Positions 47,477 through 48,272 of a stretch of 48,272 bases of DNA are shown here, piece by piece. The translations under genes were made by a program, and so were the position numbers. Positions within the stretch are counted from its first letter, which is position 1, and each line of letters begins with the position of its first letter. Below the pieces are notes generated by a model that was given only the letters and a program-made list of their open reading frames with translations, did not search any database and was not told where the DNA came from. The stretch comes from an uncultured Rhodobacter sp. (GTDB lineage Bacteria; Pseudomonadota; Alphaproteobacteria; Rhodobacterales; Rhodobacteraceae), in assembly GCA_964466385.1 (NCBI GenBank), contig CAYXNM010000001.1, positions 1-48,272 of the forward strand. Reading direction: 5' to 3'.

Positions 47477-48160
47477 ATGAACGGCGACATTCAGCACGAC
47501 ACCCCATTGGGCGAGATTTGCTTCGTGCGCCACGGTCAGGCGTCTTACGGGGCTGACAACTATGACATGCTCAGCGAGCTTGGCCATGTTCAGTCCGGTT
47601 GGCTGGGCGAGCATATTTCCCATTGCATGGCGCCTTTTGACATGGTCGTCCGGGGGGATCTGCGCCGCCACCGAGAGACCGCGGCGCGGGTGCTTGGGCA
47701 TCTGGAAAACCTGCCCGAACACGTGGATCCCCGGCTGAATGAAATGTCCTATTTCGTGATGGAGCGCGCGTATGTCGAGCGTACCGGACACGCGATGCCG
47801 ACCACTCAAGCCGGCGTCGCCGCACATTTCACACGTGTCATGCGGGCCTGGGAACGCGATCAGATCCCTGAAGCGGTCGAAAGTTTTCAGGCGTTCCAGT
47901 CGCGGGTTCTGGCCGCCGTCAAGGATTTCGGGCAGGCGGGCAAGCGCGTTCTCGTCATCAGCTCCGGGGGGCCGTTGGGGATCGTGCTGCGGTATGTGCT
48001 GAAACTACAGGCCCAGGCAATGACCGATGCAATCCTGAGCACGCACAACGCCTCTTACAGCCGTTTTCTGGTCGATCCGGAGCGTGTGCGGCTGTTTCAA
48101 TTCAACGCAACACCGCATCTGGAAAGGCCGGACCGGCTGCACGCCAAGACTTTTCTGTGA
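47477..48160 (+). CDS. Histidine phosphatase (phosphoglycerate mutase-like) family protein
   Basis: The start is the ATG at 47477 (MNGDIQ...), followed by the catalytic RHG motif (ICFVRHGQASYG). A later RRHRET and an SSGGP block are present. Confidence 0.8.
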   Translation: MNGDIQHDTPLGEICFVRHGQASYGADNYDMLSELGHVQSGWLGEHISHCMAPFDMVVRGDLRRHRETAARVLGHLENLPEHVDPRLNEMSYFVMERAYVERTGHAMPTTQAGVAAHFTRVMRAWERDQIPEAVESFQAFQSRVLAAVKDFGQAGKRVLVISSGGPLGIVLRYVLKLQAQAMTDAILSTHNASYSRFLVDPERVRLFQFNATPHLERPDRLHAKTFL

Positions 48161-48210
48161 TCAAGCGGACATCCGGCGGATCGGCGGGGCAACGTTTATA
48201 GGTTTATGCC

Positions 48211-48272
48211 TTAGCGTGGAATGGTGAATTCCACGCTCAGACCACCCAGATCAGCGCTTTCGTCCAGTTTCA
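48211..48272 (-). CDS. 3' end of an unidentified minus-strand gene running off the right window edge
   Basis: The reverse strand reads ...KLDESADLGGLSVEFTIPR-TAA in an open frame to the window edge. It is too short to classify, and the call rests only on the open frame and GC3-rich codons. Confidence 0.3.
   Translation of the reverse strand, partial: KLDESADLGGLSVEFTIPR

Noticed and set aside
48213-48237. A perfect 10-bp inverted repeat, AGCGTGGAAT-GGTGA-ATTCCACGCT, near the right edge. I considered it as a bidirectional terminator after the histidine phosphatase gene.
   Set aside because: It lies inside the last codons of the apparent minus-strand ORF (…SVEFTIPR-stop), and no U-tract follows on either strand. 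It cannot be resolved without sequence beyond the window.
47277-48272. The tRNA gene as a possible integration hotspot or genomic-island boundary.
   Set aside because: No integrase, no repeat of the tRNA 3' end and no compositional shift appear downstream. The next gene is an ordinary histidine phosphatase.

Overview
This 48.3-kb chromosomal segment is about 60% GC by eye. It reads as core genome of an alphaproteobacterium, most likely Rhodobacterales; that placement is an inference from the LpxI-type lipid A pathway, a GTA-type holin and the gene order. I support about 45 protein genes and one tRNA. I found no rRNA, CRISPR array, transposase, integrase or recognisable defence module. Layout: (1) At the left edge, a phage/GTA-type endolysin and holin pair sits directly upstream of ccmF-ccmH. 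(2) An enoyl-CoA hydratase is followed by a minus-strand unit: AraC regulator, family-5 binding protein, two permeases, a fused double ATPase and a trailing SAM methyltransferase. (3) miaA lies divergent from the conserved envelope cluster pyrH-frr-uppS-cdsA-dxr-rseP-bamA-skp-fabZ-lpxA-lpxI-lpxB. (4) Next come a YbaK-like gene, glnE, a small conserved-looking ORF, prfA-prmC and a DUF4167 gene. (5) A tightly packed minus-strand run lptF-lptG-lptD-surA-pdxA-rsmA is divergent from pepA-holC. (6) The right end holds a retropepsin-like protease, an ABC-F ATPase, ndk, purM-purN plus a TfoX_C-domain gene, tRNA(CAT) and a histidine phosphatase. I found no convincing novel multi-gene system. The items most worth a second look are an in-frame TAG inside otherwise intact lpxB, the orphan lysis cassette next to ccmFH, a 460-bp gap with a small membrane-protein ORF inside the otherwise compact rseP-bamA cluster, a 40% GC synonymous patch inside miaA, and several repeat or palindrome elements in long leaders. 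All family assignments come from motif recognition by eye, not from database searches.
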